A DNA stretch of 64,000 nt from Alphaproteobacteria bacterium (GTDB lineage: Bacteria; Pseudomonadota; Alphaproteobacteria; UBA8366; JADFVY01): positions 1,932 to 65,931 of the forward strand of contig JBFHDX010000005.1 of NCBI GenBank assembly GCA_041584475.1, given 5' to 3'. The translations under genes were made by a program, and so were the position numbers. Shown piece after piece: positions 9,801-20,325 of the stretch. Within the stretch, counting starts at the first letter, position 1. The number at the start of each line of letters is the position of its first letter. A model generated the notes under the pieces. The model did no database searches. It was given only the letters and a program-made list of their open reading frames with translations, and was not told the DNA's origin.

Positions 9801-9917
9801 GGGCCCTCTAGCATCGTTGCCCGCACCTGCATCGGCACGGATCGGATTTCGGGAGTCGCCAATTAAGTGGCCGTTGCTCGCCGCGCATTCAAGCCCGGGG
9901 ACGCACGCACGCCAGGC

Positions 9918-11186
9918 TCATGCGCTGCTGCTGCCGACGTCCTCGCGCCGGTCGGAATAGATATAGAGTGGCTCGGCCCGGCCTTCCACGACCTCGCGAT
10001 TGATGACGATTTCCTCGACGGCCTCGAGTCCGGGCAGCTCGTACATGGGATCGAGCAGAATCGACTCCATGATCGACCGCAGTCCGCGGGCGCCGGTCTT
10101 GCGGGCGATCGCCTTCTGCGCAATCATACGCAACGCGTCATCCGTCAATTCCAGACGGACGTCTTCCATCTCGAACAGGCGCTGATATTGCTTCACCAGG
10201 GCATTGCGCGGCCGGGTGAGGATTTCCACCAGCGCCTCCTCGTCGAGATCGTCCAGCGTCGCGATCACGGGCAACCGGCCGACGAACTCGGGGATCAGGC
10301 CGAACTTGAGAAGGTCCTCGGGCTCGACGTCGCGCAGGATCTCGCCAACCTGGCGATCTTCCGGTCCGCGGACATCGGCGCCAAAGCCGATCGAGGAGCC
10401 ACGGTGACGCCCGGCGATGATCTTCTCGAGCCCCGCGAACGCACCGCCGCAGATGAACAGGATATTGGTCGTATCGACCTGGAGGAATTCCTGCTGCGGG
10501 TGCTTGCGGCCACCCTGTGGCGGCACGCTCGCGACCGTACCCTCCATGATCTTCAGCAGCGCCTGCTGGACGCCCTCGCCCGATACGTCGCGCGTGATCG
10601 ACGGGTTGTCGGACTTGCGGCTGATCTTGTCGACTTCATCGATATAGACGATGCCGCGCTGCGCACGCTCGACATTGTAGTCCGCTGCCTGCAGCAACTT
10701 CAGGATGATGTTCTCGACATCCTCGCCGACGTAACCGGCCTCGGTCAGAGTCGTGGCATCGGCCATCGTGAACGGCACGTCCAGGATGCGCGCCAGCGTC
10801 TGGGCAAGAAGCGTCTTGCCGCAGCCGGTCGGCCCGATCAGGACGATGTTCGACTTGGCGAGTTCGACGTCGTTGTTCTTGCCGCCATGGGCGAGGCGCT
10901 TGTAATGGTTGTGCACGGCCACGGAGAGGACCCGTTTGGCGTGCTCTTGCCCGATTACGTAATCGTCGAGTACCGAGCGGATCTCGGCCGGGGTCGGCAC
11001 GCCGTCACGCGACTTGGAAATCGCCGACTTGTGATCCTCGCGAATGATGTCCATGCACAGCTCGACGCATTCGTCGCATATGAATACGGTCGGGCCCGCG
11101 ATGAGCTTGCGGACTTCGTGCTGACTCTTCCCGCAGAAGGAGCAGTACAGCGTGTTCTTGGAGTCGCCTCCGGAAGACTTTGTCAT
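9918..11186 (-). CDS. clpX: ATP-dependent Clp protease ATP-binding subunit ClpX
   Basis: 422 aa. N-terminal zinc finger [27 protein letters not shown], Walker A GPTGCGKT, and the conserved [10 protein letters not shown] block. Confidence 0.95.
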   Translation of the reverse strand: MTKSSGGDSKNTLYCSFCGKSQHEVRKLIAGPTVFICDECVELCMDIIREDHKSAISKSRDGVPTPAEIRSVLDDYVIGQEHAKRVLSVAVHNHYKRLAHGGKNNDVELAKSNIVLIGPTGCGKTLLAQTLARILDVPFTMADATTLTEAGYVGEDVENIILKLLQAADYNVERAQRGIVYIDEVDKISRKSDNPSITRDVSGEGVQQALLKIMEGTVASVPPQGGRKHPQQEFLQVDTTNILFICGGAFAGLEKIIAGRHRGSSIGFGADVRGPEDRQVGEILRDVEPEDLLKFGLIPEFVGRLPVIATLDDLDEEALVEILTRPRNALVKQYQRLFEMEDVRLELTDDALRMIAQKAIARKTGARGLRSIMESILLDPMYELPGLEAVEEIVINREVVEGRAEPLYIYSDRREDVGSSSA

Positions 11187-11405
11187 CGAGTTCTATCCGC
11201 TTCGTTTCCTCGACTCGGCAATGTTACCGAAAGGTCGCCCATACCGACAATCCGAAAAACACCATAATCCGGGCCTTTTTAATATAGGTTTAACGATATC
11301 CGCGATAGCCCGGACTCGGGACACCGCTCGCAGAACGAGACCATACAAGTGCGGCGCACCGACATGAGAGGGAACCGCACGCAGCGGACGACCCGGCGGG
11401 TCCGC

Positions 11406-12062
11406 CTAATCGCCGCCCTTGCCCTCTCCCGCCGCGCTATCCGACGCGGGAATCGGCCGCGAGGTTACGACCTCATCGATCAGACCGAACTCCTTGGCCT
11501 CCTCCGGCGCGAGGAATTTGTCACGTTCCACCGCGGATTCGATGACCTCGAGCTTCTGACCCGTATGACGGACGAAGATCTCGTTCAGCCTCTGGCGGAT
11601 GCTCAGGATCTCCTTGGCATGGATTTCGATATCCGTCGCCTGTCCCTGGAAGCCGCCCGATGGTTGATGGATCATGATCCGGCTGTTCGGCAGCGAGTAA
11701 CGCTTGCCTTTGGCGCCGGCGCACAGCAGCAGCGCTCCCATCGACGCCGCCTGACCGATGACGACGGTCGACACGTCGGGCCGGATATATTGCATCGTGT
11801 CGTAGATCGACAGCCCGGAAGTCACCACCCCGCCCGGCGAGTTTATGTAGAACGCGATATCTTTGGTGGGGTTTTCAGACTCCAGGAACAGCAGCTGCGC
11901 ACATATCAGGCTCGCGACCGCATCGTTCACGCCACCGGTGAGAAAGATGATCCGCTCCTTCAGGAGCCGGGAATAGATATCGTAGGCCCTTTCGCCGCGA
12001 TTGGTCTGCTCGACGACCATCGGGACGAGCGTGTTCATGTAGATGTCGTGTCGGGTGGACAT
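11406..12062 (-). CDS. clpP: ATP-dependent Clp protease proteolytic subunit
   Basis: 218 aa with [36 protein letters not shown] (active-site Ser) and IMIHQP (His) motifs. Confidence 0.95.
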   Translation of the reverse strand: MSTRHDIYMNTLVPMVVEQTNRGERAYDIYSRLLKERIIFLTGGVNDAVASLICAQLLFLESENPTKDIAFYINSPGGVVTSGLSIYDTMQYIRPDVSTVVIGQAASMGALLLCAGAKGKRYSLPNSRIMIHQPSGGFQGQATDIEIHAKEILSIRQRLNEIFVRHTGQKLEVIESAVERDKFLAPEEAKEFGLIDEVVTSRPIPASDSAAGEGKGGD

Positions 12063-12099
12063 TCAAGTGTACCGCCGTTTCTGGTGTTGGTCCCGGCGC

Positions 12100-13557
12100 T
12101 CAGCCGGACTTCGTCTTCGCCGAGGCTTTCCCCGCCGTCTTGCCGGCGTCCGACTTCTTGGGACTTGATCCGGCCGACGCCTTGGGTTTTTTCGCCGCCC
12201 TCGACTTGGTAGCCCTGGCTGGCTTCGACGACGCTGTTGTCTGTTCCATCTTCAGCAGCTCGTCCATGGTGCCGATGCGCTCATCGATCTTGACCATTTC
12301 GAGGATGAAATCGGTGACCTTGTTCTCGAACAACGGAGCGCGCAGTTCGGCGAGCGCCTGCGGATTCCTCTGGTAGTGCTCGACCACGGATTGCTGCTGG
12401 CCGGGGTAACGCTGTGCTTCGGCTATTATTGCCCGGTTCAATTCTTCCTGCGTGACCTCGATATTGTTGCGCCGTCCGACCTCGGAGAGCAGCAGACCCA
12501 GCCTCACGCGCCGTTCGGCGATGGCACGATATTCGGCCTTCAGTTGCTCATCATCCTTGCCCGCATCGTCCTCGTCGATCTGACCCTGCTCGCGAGCCTG
12601 CTCGAACTGCTGCCAGATCGCGTCGAATTCGGCATCGACCATGCCTTCGGGCACGTCGAACCTGTGGAGTTCGGCCAAGGCATCGAGCAGCCTGCGTTTC
12701 AACGCGGTTCGCGACAACGCGACGTACTCGCGCTCCAGATTCTCGCGGACCGCCTGGCGCATGGCCTTCAGGTTGTCGAAGCCCATGCTCCCCGCGAGCG
12801 CATCGTCGAGCGGCGATTCCACGAATTCGCGCACCTCACGAACGTCGACGTCGAATTCGGCCTCCTTGCCGGCAAGTGAACGCTCCGCGTAGTCGGCCGG
12901 AAACGCGACCTTCGCGACCACCTTTTCACCCGGCTTGGCGCCGACGATCTGGTCCTCGAAACCGGGGATGAAGCGGCCGGAACCCAACTCCAGGTGAAAG
13001 TCCTTTCCTGCGCCGCCGGGGAATTCGTCGCCCTCGACGCGACCAACATAATCGATCACGACGACATCGCCATGCGCCGCCTTGCGGGGCTTGGACACGG
13101 GTTCCGTGCGCCGGTTCTGTGCGGCGATCCGTCGCAGGGACTCGTCGACCTCCTTGTCGGAGACCTTCACCGTGATCCGCTCGAGCTTGATCTTCGAGAA
13201 ATCCGCCGGCTCGAATTCGGGCATCAGCTCGAGCTGGATCTTGTATTCGAGGTCGGCTCCCTCGTCGTAGCTGGTGATCTCGATGCGGGGCTGCATGGCG
13301 AGGGTCAACCCGCGCTCGGCGATCGCCTGCGAGGAGGAATCGGAAACCGCGGCCTCGAGAACCTCGCCCATGACCGCCTTGCCATATCGTTTTTGCAACA
13401 GCGACAGCGGCGCCTTGCCCGGGCGGAAGCCAGGCAATGTCAGCCCGCGTCCGATCTCGCCGAGGCGCGCATCGACTTTCTCGCTGATGTCCTTGGCCGC
13501 AATCCGCACGATGAATTCGCGGCTCAAGCCCTCGTTCTTCGTCTCGGTAACCTGCAT
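12100..13557 (-). CDS. tig: Trigger factor
   Basis: 485 aa. N-terminus MQVTETKNEGLSREFIVRIAAKDI, FKBP-type middle domain (GFRPGKAP, FIPGFEDQIVG), basic C-terminal tail. Canonical position upstream of clpP-clpX. Confidence 0.93.
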   Translation of the reverse strand: MQVTETKNEGLSREFIVRIAAKDISEKVDARLGEIGRGLTLPGFRPGKAPLSLLQKRYGKAVMGEVLEAAVSDSSSQAIAERGLTLAMQPRIEITSYDEGADLEYKIQLELMPEFEPADFSKIKLERITVKVSDKEVDESLRRIAAQNRRTEPVSKPRKAAHGDVVVIDYVGRVEGDEFPGGAGKDFHLELGSGRFIPGFEDQIVGAKPGEKVVAKVAFPADYAERSLAGKEAEFDVDVREVREFVESPLDDALAGSMGFDNLKAMRQAVRENLEREYVALSRTALKRRLLDALAELHRFDVPEGMVDAEFDAIWQQFEQAREQGQIDEDDAGKDDEQLKAEYRAIAERRVRLGLLLSEVGRRNNIEVTQEELNRAIIAEAQRYPGQQQSVVEHYQRNPQALAELRAPLFENKVTDFILEMVKIDERIGTMDELLKMEQTTASSKPARATKSRAAKKPKASAGSSPKKSDAGKTAGKASAKTKSG

Positions 13558-13615
13558 GGGAACGTATGCTCGGTTAGAGTGGCCCTGTCACAGCCCCAAC
13601 CGCGCCGAAGCCGTG

Positions 13616-13700
13616 TGGTGCGGGCGGAGGGACTTGAACCCCCACGGATTGCTCCACTGGAACCTAAATCCAGCGCGTCTACCAGTTCCGCCACGCCCGC
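13616..13700 (-). tRNA. tRNA-Leu (anticodon TAG)
   Basis: Reverse complement GCGGGCGTGGCGGAACTGGTAGACGCGCTGGATTTAGGTTCCAGTGGAGCAATCCGTGGGGGTTCAAGTCCCTCCGCCCGCACCA. Long variable arm, anticodon loop TTTAGGT, encoded CCA. Confidence 0.93.
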
Positions 13701-13881
13701 TGCCCGGCCGGCCGTCGGTGTCGCGGCGCCCCTGTATAAGTACAGCGCCGGGGGCGGTCAAGTGAGGTAGGCGCACTCACGGGATTTTGCAAGACGGATC
13801 GGCGGACGCCAGTTGCAGGTGCCCGGACGACAACGTCGATGGGTTCAGCCTAGATGAGCCGTGGCAGCGGCAGTCTCGCCT

Positions 13882-14163
13882 TCAGGGGCTTTCCGCGCAT
13901 TGCTGATAGTTGTCGGCGAAGACCGATAGGGCGAGCACGCGTGGACCTTCGAAGGCACGGCCTCGCTCCTGGGCCCGTTCGAACTTGACCTCGTACTTCA
14001 CGTGCGGAATACCAAACTGATCTTTCGCGATTGAAAGTACGCGTGCCGTTTCGATCAAGTTATGCGAATGCTTCCTTTCAAACAAGGCGCCCTCGCATAT
14101 TTTTTCCCAAATATTTTCCCTTGATTCACGCCAGAATTTCATGGCACGTCCTACTGCTTCCAA
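13882..14163 (-). CDS. Orphan hypothetical protein in AT-richer islet
   Basis: ORF 93 aa (alternative start MKFW at 14142). N-terminal half uses many A/T-ending codons, unlike neighbouring genes. No family recognised. Confidence 0.35.
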   Translation of the reverse strand: MEAVGRAMKFWRESRENIWEKICEGALFERKHSHNLIETARVLSIAKDQFGIPHVKYEVKFERAQERGRAFEGPRVLALSVFADNYQQCAESP

Positions 14164-14356
14164 CGGACTCTTTTTTGCGTGTTTATTTTATTATTTTTGA
14201 CTTAGCCCGCTAGTTTGTAAATTTGCTTCAGTTTGACTTTGTCGACGCGTCGGCTCGCACCCAACCGGCAGTCGGCTAAGCCATTGAGAAACTACCATCA
14301 TTTTATTAACGAGACGTTGATCGGGAGGTGCCGCGGAAGACACGGATAAGTTGCAG

Positions 14357-15883
14357 TCAGCCGCCGTCGACTCCTCGCTCGGCCAGTGCCGCAAGCACCG
14401 CCGGCAGACCGTCGATAAGGTCCTCGGCAATCATTCCCGGCCCGAACCTGCGGGCCGCCTCACCATGCAGCCAGGCGGCGCAACACGCGCCCTCGAAAGG
14501 TCTCATCCCCTGCGCCAACAGGCCGACGGCGATGCCCGCGAGTACATCGCCGGATCCGGCGGTCGCAAGTGTTGGCGGCCCGTTGACATTGATCGCCAGC
14601 CGTCCGTCCGGCCCGGTGATCGTGGTGTCCGGGCCCTTCAGTAGGACGAACGCACCGGCCCGCACCGCCGCCTCGCGCGTGCGTCTGAGCCTGTCCGTCT
14701 CCACGCCAAGATCGGGAAAGATACGAGCGAACTCGCCTTCATGCGGTGTAAGAAGACACGGACCCTTGATCGCGCCAAAGAGGTCGGCCGGACGATCGGC
14801 AAACACGGACAATGCATCGGCGTCGAGGACGACCGGTTTGCCCGTCGCGAGCGACGCCAGCACCCGCCTTCGGGTGTGCCCGTCGACACCGTTACCCGGT
14901 CCGACGAGCAGCGCGCTGGCCCGCGGATCGTCGACGTGCGCGGCGAAATCGTCTTCGCTTTCCACGCGGGCAACCAGCGCCCCGGTCAGCGAAGAACGAT
15001 AGATGTCAACGGCCTCGGGTGGCGCAAGCACGGTTACCACGCCGGCGCCAGTGCGCCGCGCCGCCTGCGCCGCGAGCCGGGCGGCACCGGTCATTTCGCC
15101 ACCGCCGGCAACGAGCGCATGACCGCGCGAGTATTTGTGGTGATCCCAGCGTGGCCAGGGAAACGCATCGCCCCAGAGCCGTGGATCGTTCATCGTTTGA
15201 CGGGGCTGAACCCGCTCGAGGACCCGCTCCGGAATGCCGATGTCGGCGACGACGAGTTCGCCGCATCTATCACGGCCTGGATAGAGGAAGTGGCCCGGCT
15301 TGGCTCGGAAGAACGTCACCGTCACCTCCGCCCGCGGCGCGGCTCCCAGTACGGCCCCGCTGTCGCCGTCGATCCCACTCGGCACGTCGACGGCGATGCA
15401 GGGAAGGCCACGTACGCCGATCGCCTCGACGGTCGCACGGGCGTCGCCGGTCAGCGGCCGCGTCAATCCGGCACCGAAAATCGCGTCGACGACAAGCGAG
15501 GCATCGTCCAAGGCCGCCGGCCCCAGCGGCGCAACACCGCCGTCCCAGCGATCGGCGTTGAGCCGAGCATCGCCCTTCAGCGCCTCGCGCCGGCCAAGCA
15601 ACGCGACGCGCACCGGCCAGCCGGCATCCTGCAGCAGTCTGGCGGCGACGAACCCGTCGCCGCCATTATTACCGGGGCCGCAGAGGACGATCACCGGACG
15701 TTGCTGCCACCGCTCGAACACCGCCTGCGCCACCGCCTGTCCCGCAGCTTCCATCAACCGCTCGCCGGGCACCCCCGCCTCGATCGTCGCCCGATCGGCG
15801 CGCCGCATCTCATCGGTCGTCAACAGGACGGTCGCCGCCGGAAACGCGGGTTGCGCTGCCCCGCCGCGGCGTTTGCCCCTCAT
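14357..15883 (-). CDS. nnr: Bifunctional NAD(P)H-hydrate repair enzyme (epimerase / ADP-dependent dehydratase)
   Basis: Start at MRGKRRGG (15883), overlapping the upstream gene stop as ATGA. YjeF-N block (VLCGPGNNGGDGFVAARLL) and C-terminal carbohydrate-kinase block (TPHEGEFARIF, GSGDVLAG). Confidence 0.85.
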   Translation of the reverse strand: MRGKRRGGAAQPAFPAATVLLTTDEMRRADRATIEAGVPGERLMEAAGQAVAQAVFERWQQRPVIVLCGPGNNGGDGFVAARLLQDAGWPVRVALLGRREALKGDARLNADRWDGGVAPLGPAALDDASLVVDAIFGAGLTRPLTGDARATVEAIGVRGLPCIAVDVPSGIDGDSGAVLGAAPRAEVTVTFFRAKPGHFLYPGRDRCGELVVADIGIPERVLERVQPRQTMNDPRLWGDAFPWPRWDHHKYSRGHALVAGGGEMTGAARLAAQAARRTGAGVVTVLAPPEAVDIYRSSLTGALVARVESEDDFAAHVDDPRASALLVGPGNGVDGHTRRRVLASLATGKPVVLDADALSVFADRPADLFGAIKGPCLLTPHEGEFARIFPDLGVETDRLRRTREAAVRAGAFVLLKGPDTTITGPDGRLAINVNGPPTLATAGSGDVLAGIAVGLLAQGMRPFEGACCAAWLHGEAARRFGPGMIAEDLIDGLPAVLAALAERGVDGG

Positions 15884-16572
15884 GTGTCCCGGCTGCAGGC
15901 GCGCAGCGACTTGAGGGTTCGCGAGCGGAATTCCCGTCGATACAGCACCAGCATGACCAGGACGGTCGCGGGGAACAGCAGCAACGGATTGACGAACCAA
16001 CTCAGCGCAGCCATCGCGAAGTAATAAGACCGGACGCCGTGATTGAAATGCTTTGCCGCCAGCGAGGCTACCCGCGCCGCGGCGACCGCGTATCCACGAT
16101 GATCCTCGGGTGGCTCGGGAAACAGCGGCGCTGCGCCGATGAGCAGGGCGCAGTAGTTGAACTGACGCATCGACCAGGCGAACTTGAAAAACCCGTACAC
16201 GAAGATCAGCGTCATGACGATCACCTTGACCTCCCAGAGGGCACGCGATGTCGTGACGGCGAAGGGCACGTCGCGGACCACCGCCAAAACGGTCTCGGGC
16301 GCCCCGAGCACGGCAAACAGGCCGGCGAGGATCAGGATGGTGGTCGAGGCGAAGAAGGTGGCGTTGTTGAGGACGCTACTGACGATCTGCGTATCGATCA
16401 TCCGGTTTTCGCGGCCGAGCATGCGCATCATCCACTGCTCGCGGTGCCGCGACATGATGCCGATGAGGTTGCCGGCCGCCGCTGCGCTGCGCTCGGAATA
16501 GATCGTATATCCGAACCAGAGTCCGAACAGCCAAGCCACCGCGGCAACGTCAACTGGGCTGAAACTGGTCAC
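15880..16572 (-). CDS. DUF599-family membrane protein
   Basis: Multi-pass membrane protein with blocks typical of DUF599 as I recall it (HREQWMMRML, IDTQIVSSVLNNATFFASTTILILAG, FFKFAWSMRQFNY). GTG start at 16572 gives 230 aa and leaves a 150-nt divergent promoter region. ATG at 16707 is the alternative. Confidence 0.7.
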   Translation of the reverse strand: MTSFSPVDVAAVAWLFGLWFGYTIYSERSAAAAGNLIGIMSRHREQWMMRMLGRENRMIDTQIVSSVLNNATFFASTTILILAGLFAVLGAPETVLAVVRDVPFAVTTSRALWEVKVIVMTLIFVYGFFKFAWSMRQFNYCALLIGAAPLFPEPPEDHRGYAVAAARVASLAAKHFNHGVRSYYFAMAALSWFVNPLLLFPATVLVMLVLYRREFRSRTLKSLRACSRDT

Positions 16573-16721
16573 GCGACTGCTCCCGGCCGTTGCTCCGCAA
16601 GCGATTATGGCTGCAGCCGCAGTCGCGCTCAACCGGTGGCGTCGCCTCGCGCCGCCATTGCGGTCCGTGTGCGCCGCCATTACAAACGATGGATCGCCAC
16701 GGATCATCGTTCAGGCGCGAC

Positions 16722-17963
16722 ATGCTGGAACTTCCGGGTTTCGACACCGCGTTCGCCCGCACGTTCTTCCCTGCCCTCGACGAGAGCTGGGCCATGCTCG
16801 AGAACGCGGGCGGCACGCTCGTCCCGAGACAGGTCATCGGACGGCTCGAGGCGTATCTGCGGGAAAGCCAGGTGCAGCCCGGTGCACGATTTCATGCCTC
16901 CGCACTGGCGGCGGAACGAATCGCCGAAGGACAGGGAATCATGGCGCAGCTGCTGAACGCTGGGACCGATGAGGTGATGGTCGGGCCATCGACCACCATG
17001 AACGTCTATCTGCTCGCGCATGCCCTCCGACCGACGTTCCGGGAGGCCGACGAGATCGTCGTCACGAATCTGGACCACGAGGCCAACAACGGCGCCTGGC
17101 GACGTCTGGCCGATTCCGGACTGCAGATCCGGGAATGGCGGGTCAATCCGGACACGGCGGAGCTCGAGGAAGCCGATCTCGCCGCCTTGCTGACCGATCG
17201 GACACGCCTCGTCTGTTTCAGCCACTGTTCAAACATCACCGGCAGCTTTCAGGACGTGCGCGCACTAACCCGACGCGCGCACGAGGCGGGTGCCATGGTG
17301 TGCGTCGACGGCGTTGCCTATGCGCCGCACCGGTCGCTCGACGTGAGGGCGTGGGACGTCGATTTCTACCTGTTCTCGACGTACAAGCTATACGGCCCGC
17401 ATCTGGGAATCCTTTTCGGCAAGCGCGATCACCTTTTGCGGGCGGCAGGTCAGAATCATTTCTTCATCGGCGATCGCGACATTCCGCTCAAGCTCAACCC
17501 GGGCGGCCCGAACCACGAGCTCACCGCGGCGCTGACCGGTATCGCCGACTATTTCGACACGATGTATCGGCATCACTTCGGTGACGCGGGTCTCCCGATG
17601 CACGATCGGCTGCAGCAGCTCTTCGCCCTATTCGCGGAGCACGAGGAGCACCTCGCCGGACCACTGGTCGACTACCTCGTCGCGAACCCCAAGATTCGCC
17701 TTGTTGGACGACCAACGCCGGACCGCAATCGCCGCGCCCCGACGTTCTCGTTCGCCGTCAAGGGTCGCCGGGCGAGCGAGATCTCGCATGTCCTACAGGC
17801 GCTGGGTCTCGGCGTCCGCAGCGGCGATTTCTACGCTGCTCGATTGATCGACGCGCTGGGCCTGCGGCGCGAGGGCGGCGTGATCCGCACCAGCCTTGTC
17901 CACTACAACACGGCGGACGAAGTGGCACGCCTGATCGCGGCACTCGACGAGACGCTCGGCTGA
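16722..17963 (+). CDS. Aminotransferase class V / cysteine desulfurase-like PLP enzyme
   Basis: 413 aa from MLELPGF. Blocks VTNLDHEANNGAW, VCFSHCSNITG, DFYLFSTYKLYGPH (PLP Lys context) resemble class-V fold-type I enzymes. Confidence 0.75.
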   Translation: MLELPGFDTAFARTFFPALDESWAMLENAGGTLVPRQVIGRLEAYLRESQVQPGARFHASALAAERIAEGQGIMAQLLNAGTDEVMVGPSTTMNVYLLAHALRPTFREADEIVVTNLDHEANNGAWRRLADSGLQIREWRVNPDTAELEEADLAALLTDRTRLVCFSHCSNITGSFQDVRALTRRAHEAGAMVCVDGVAYAPHRSLDVRAWDVDFYLFSTYKLYGPHLGILFGKRDHLLRAAGQNHFFIGDRDIPLKLNPGGPNHELTAALTGIADYFDTMYRHHFGDAGLPMHDRLQQLFALFAEHEEHLAGPLVDYLVANPKIRLVGRPTPDRNRRAPTFSFAVKGRRASEISHVLQALGLGVRSGDFYAARLIDALGLRREGGVIRTSLVHYNTADEVARLIAALDETLG

Positions 17964-17997
17964 GGCGCTTCGTGGCGCCATGGCGCCAACCACCCGA

Positions 17998-18657
17998 TCA
18001 CGCGTCAGCCGCTTTATCCCCTGCCGGCTCCAGCGCAAGAGCCTGCTCCGCCGTGGGGCGGCGCATTGCAAAGACGGAATCGACAACTGCGTAATCCATG
18101 TATCCCAGTCGAGAGATCGGCTTTATGCGAGGGATATCCACCAGCCCCTCGGATAGCGCGGCGTCTTCGATGTGAATGCCGACGACCCGTCCGAGGACGA
18201 TGGCGTTGCGGCCCCCTTCCCGTCCGACCGGCAGATCGACGATCTGGTGCACCTTGCATTCCATCGCGATCGGCGATTCGGCAACGCGCGGCGGCGCGAC
18301 GAGCCGCGAGGGCGCAGCGGTCAGCCCGACGAGCGCCAGCTCGTCGACTTCCGGCGGCAGTGCGGCACAGCTGAGGTTCATCTGCTCGCGCAACGCCCAC
18401 GTCGCCATATTGGCAACGAACTCGCCCGTGCTCTCGCAGTTGGCCAGAGTGTCCTTCATGCCGTGCGGTTGCCGGCCGTTGTTCGAATACATGACCATCG
18501 GCGGGTCGCCGGCGACCCCGTTGAAGAAGCTGTACGGCGCAAGGTTCACGACGCCATCGCGATTCAGCGTCGTAATCCAGCCGATCGGCCGCGGCACGAC
18601 GCAGCTCTTGAAGGGGTCATGCGGCAGTCCGTGGGGTTTTCCGATTTCATAGAACAT
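17998..18657 (-). CDS. Flavin reductase family protein (FMN-binding split barrel)
   Basis: Start at MFYEIGKPHGLPHDPFKSCVVPRPIGWITT (typical N-terminus of this family), then NLAPYSFFN. ORF extends to 18738, but that extension has no family signal. Confidence 0.8.
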   Translation of the reverse strand: MFYEIGKPHGLPHDPFKSCVVPRPIGWITTLNRDGVVNLAPYSFFNGVAGDPPMVMYSNNGRQPHGMKDTLANCESTGEFVANMATWALREQMNLSCAALPPEVDELALVGLTAAPSRLVAPPRVAESPIAMECKVHQIVDLPVGREGGRNAIVLGRVVGIHIEDAALSEGLVDIPRIKPISRLGYMDYAVVDSVFAMRRPTAEQALALEPAGDKAADA

Positions 18658-18762
18658 CCAAGAATTCCTGTTGGTAGGCCGAATGTCGCCGGTATCGGCC
18701 AAGGCAATCGGGGGCGCGGTAATCATCAACGAGCCCACCGGGTGCGTGTCCGCTCGGCCGGC

Positions 18763-20325
18763 TCAAAGCTGCCCGTCGATCGGGAAGATGCTCATGAAGT
18801 TGGCGACGAAGCGCTCCCAGAGGCTGGCGTGCGGCTCGTGATCGAAGGTCTGCGGCTTGCCCTCGACCGGGCCGTGCCACAGTATCTGCTCCGAGCCCTT
18901 TTCGGTCTTGACCAGCTCGAGCCGGAAGGCCACCTGCTCGACCCGCTCGTCGAAGCGCCGGGCCATGGATTCGGCCAGTTGGGGCGACTGGATTACGACC
19001 CCGATCTCGGTGTTGAAATAGACCGCGCGGGGATCGAGGTTGAGCGAGCCGATGAAAACCGACTCGCGGTCGAGCACGAAGGATTTCGCGTGCAGGCTGG
19101 CAGTCGGCGACCCACCTTCCTGTCCCGCCTTGCGCTGCTCGTTCAGCAGTTCCGCGTTCAGCTCGTGGATCTCGACGCCGTCGCGCAATAAGGCCTTGCG
19201 GTATTTCAGATAGCCGGCGTGGACGATCTGCACGTCGTTCGAGGCCAGCGAATTGGTCAGGATCCGCACCCGCACCCCGCGTTCGCGGACGGCCCTCAGC
19301 GCTGCGACGCCCTCCTTTCCGGGCACGAAATAAGGAGAGAAGATGATCAGCTCGTCGCGCACCGCCTGCATGTGGGGACTCAGCTGCCCTAGCAGGTAGC
19401 GTTCGGATCTTCCCATCTCCTCGAGAAGTTTCTCCGGCGGATCGTAGACCACCTCACCGTCGCCCCAGTAATACTCCACCGCCTGGTTTCGTAACGCGTT
19501 CGCGAGATTCGAGTTGCGCAGCGCATCGAGGAAGTCGGAATCGGACTGCGCCTCGACGTATTCGGTCAGCCGCGCCCGCATCTCGCGGACCTCCTGCTCG
19601 CTTGGCTGCTTCGTCGCCAATACCGAGATCGGGTAGGCCAGCTCGCTGTTCCAGTATGCGTCGAACGACTTCGCGACCTGTCGTACGATCGGGCCAACCG
19701 CGACGACGTCAAGGTCGGCAAAGACGATTTGCGGATTGATCCCGAAATACTCGTTGCCGATATTGCGCCCACCGAGAACCGCGTAATGGTTGTCGACGTT
19801 GAATGATTTGTTATGCATGCGGCGGCCGGCCTCGCTCGATCGGGTCACGAATTGGGAGGCGCGGCTCACATTGCGTGCGAAGGGATTGAACAGCCTGATC
19901 TCAATGTTCGGATGGCTGTCCGCTGCAAGCAGGCCGAATTCGCTGTCGGCGACATCCATGTCGTCGACGAGCAGCCGCACGCGCACGCCGCGATCCGCCG
20001 CCTTGAGAAGCAGATCGACGAACAGGCGCCCAGTGAGATCTTTGTGCAGCAGGTAGTACTGAGCGTCGATGCTGCGCTCCGCCGCGTTGGCCAGAACGGT
20101 GCGGGCCACGAAAGCGTCGAGGCCGTCATTGAGAGGATAGAACCCGGACCGGTCGCCGCGACCCTGCCGTTTCTCGCGGCTCGCCCTGCCGAGCGTCGTC
20201 TGCTCGGTGTCGGCAAAAGCATACGATTCCGGTCGCTCGAAACCCTCGGGCAGCGACGCGCACGCGCCCGCCAGACACAGGACGAGAACCGCCGCCACCG
20301 CGCGATGTGAGAGTAGCCCGCTCAT
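18763..20325 (-). CDS. Phospholipase D family protein with two HKD motifs, N-terminal signal sequence
   Basis: 520 aa. HxKxxxxD motifs HNKSFNVDN and HAKSFVLDRE. Hydrophobic N-terminus AVAAVLVLCLAGACASL. Confidence 0.85.
   Translation of the reverse strand: MSGLLSHRAVAAVLVLCLAGACASLPEGFERPESYAFADTEQTTLGRASREKRQGRGDRSGFYPLNDGLDAFVARTVLANAAERSIDAQYYLLHKDLTGRLFVDLLLKAADRGVRVRLLVDDMDVADSEFGLLAADSHPNIEIRLFNPFARNVSRASQFVTRSSEAGRRMHNKSFNVDNHYAVLGGRNIGNEYFGINPQIVFADLDVVAVGPIVRQVAKSFDAYWNSELAYPISVLATKQPSEQEVREMRARLTEYVEAQSDSDFLDALRNSNLANALRNQAVEYYWGDGEVVYDPPEKLLEEMGRSERYLLGQLSPHMQAVRDELIIFSPYFVPGKEGVAALRAVRERGVRVRILTNSLASNDVQIVHAGYLKYRKALLRDGVEIHELNAELLNEQRKAGQEGGSPTASLHAKSFVLDRESVFIGSLNLDPRAVYFNTEIGVVIQSPQLAESMARRFDERVEQVAFRLELVKTEKGSEQILWHGPVEGKPQTFDHEPHASLWERFVANFMSIFPIDGQL

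Noticed and set aside
9862-9893. Possible sigma-32 heat-shock promoter upstream of lon (minus strand CTTGAA-N17-CCACTTAAT)
   Set aside because: The -35 matches, but the spacing and -10 element fit neither the enterobacterial (13-15 nt, CCCCATNT) nor the alphaproteobacterial consensus well. It is too weak to call without TSS data.
7506-11267. Long antisense ORFs 7506..8912(+) and 9867..11267(+) opposite lon and clpX
   Set aside because: Shadow ORFs of strongly conserved genes, with low-complexity Arg/Leu/Asp-rich translations.
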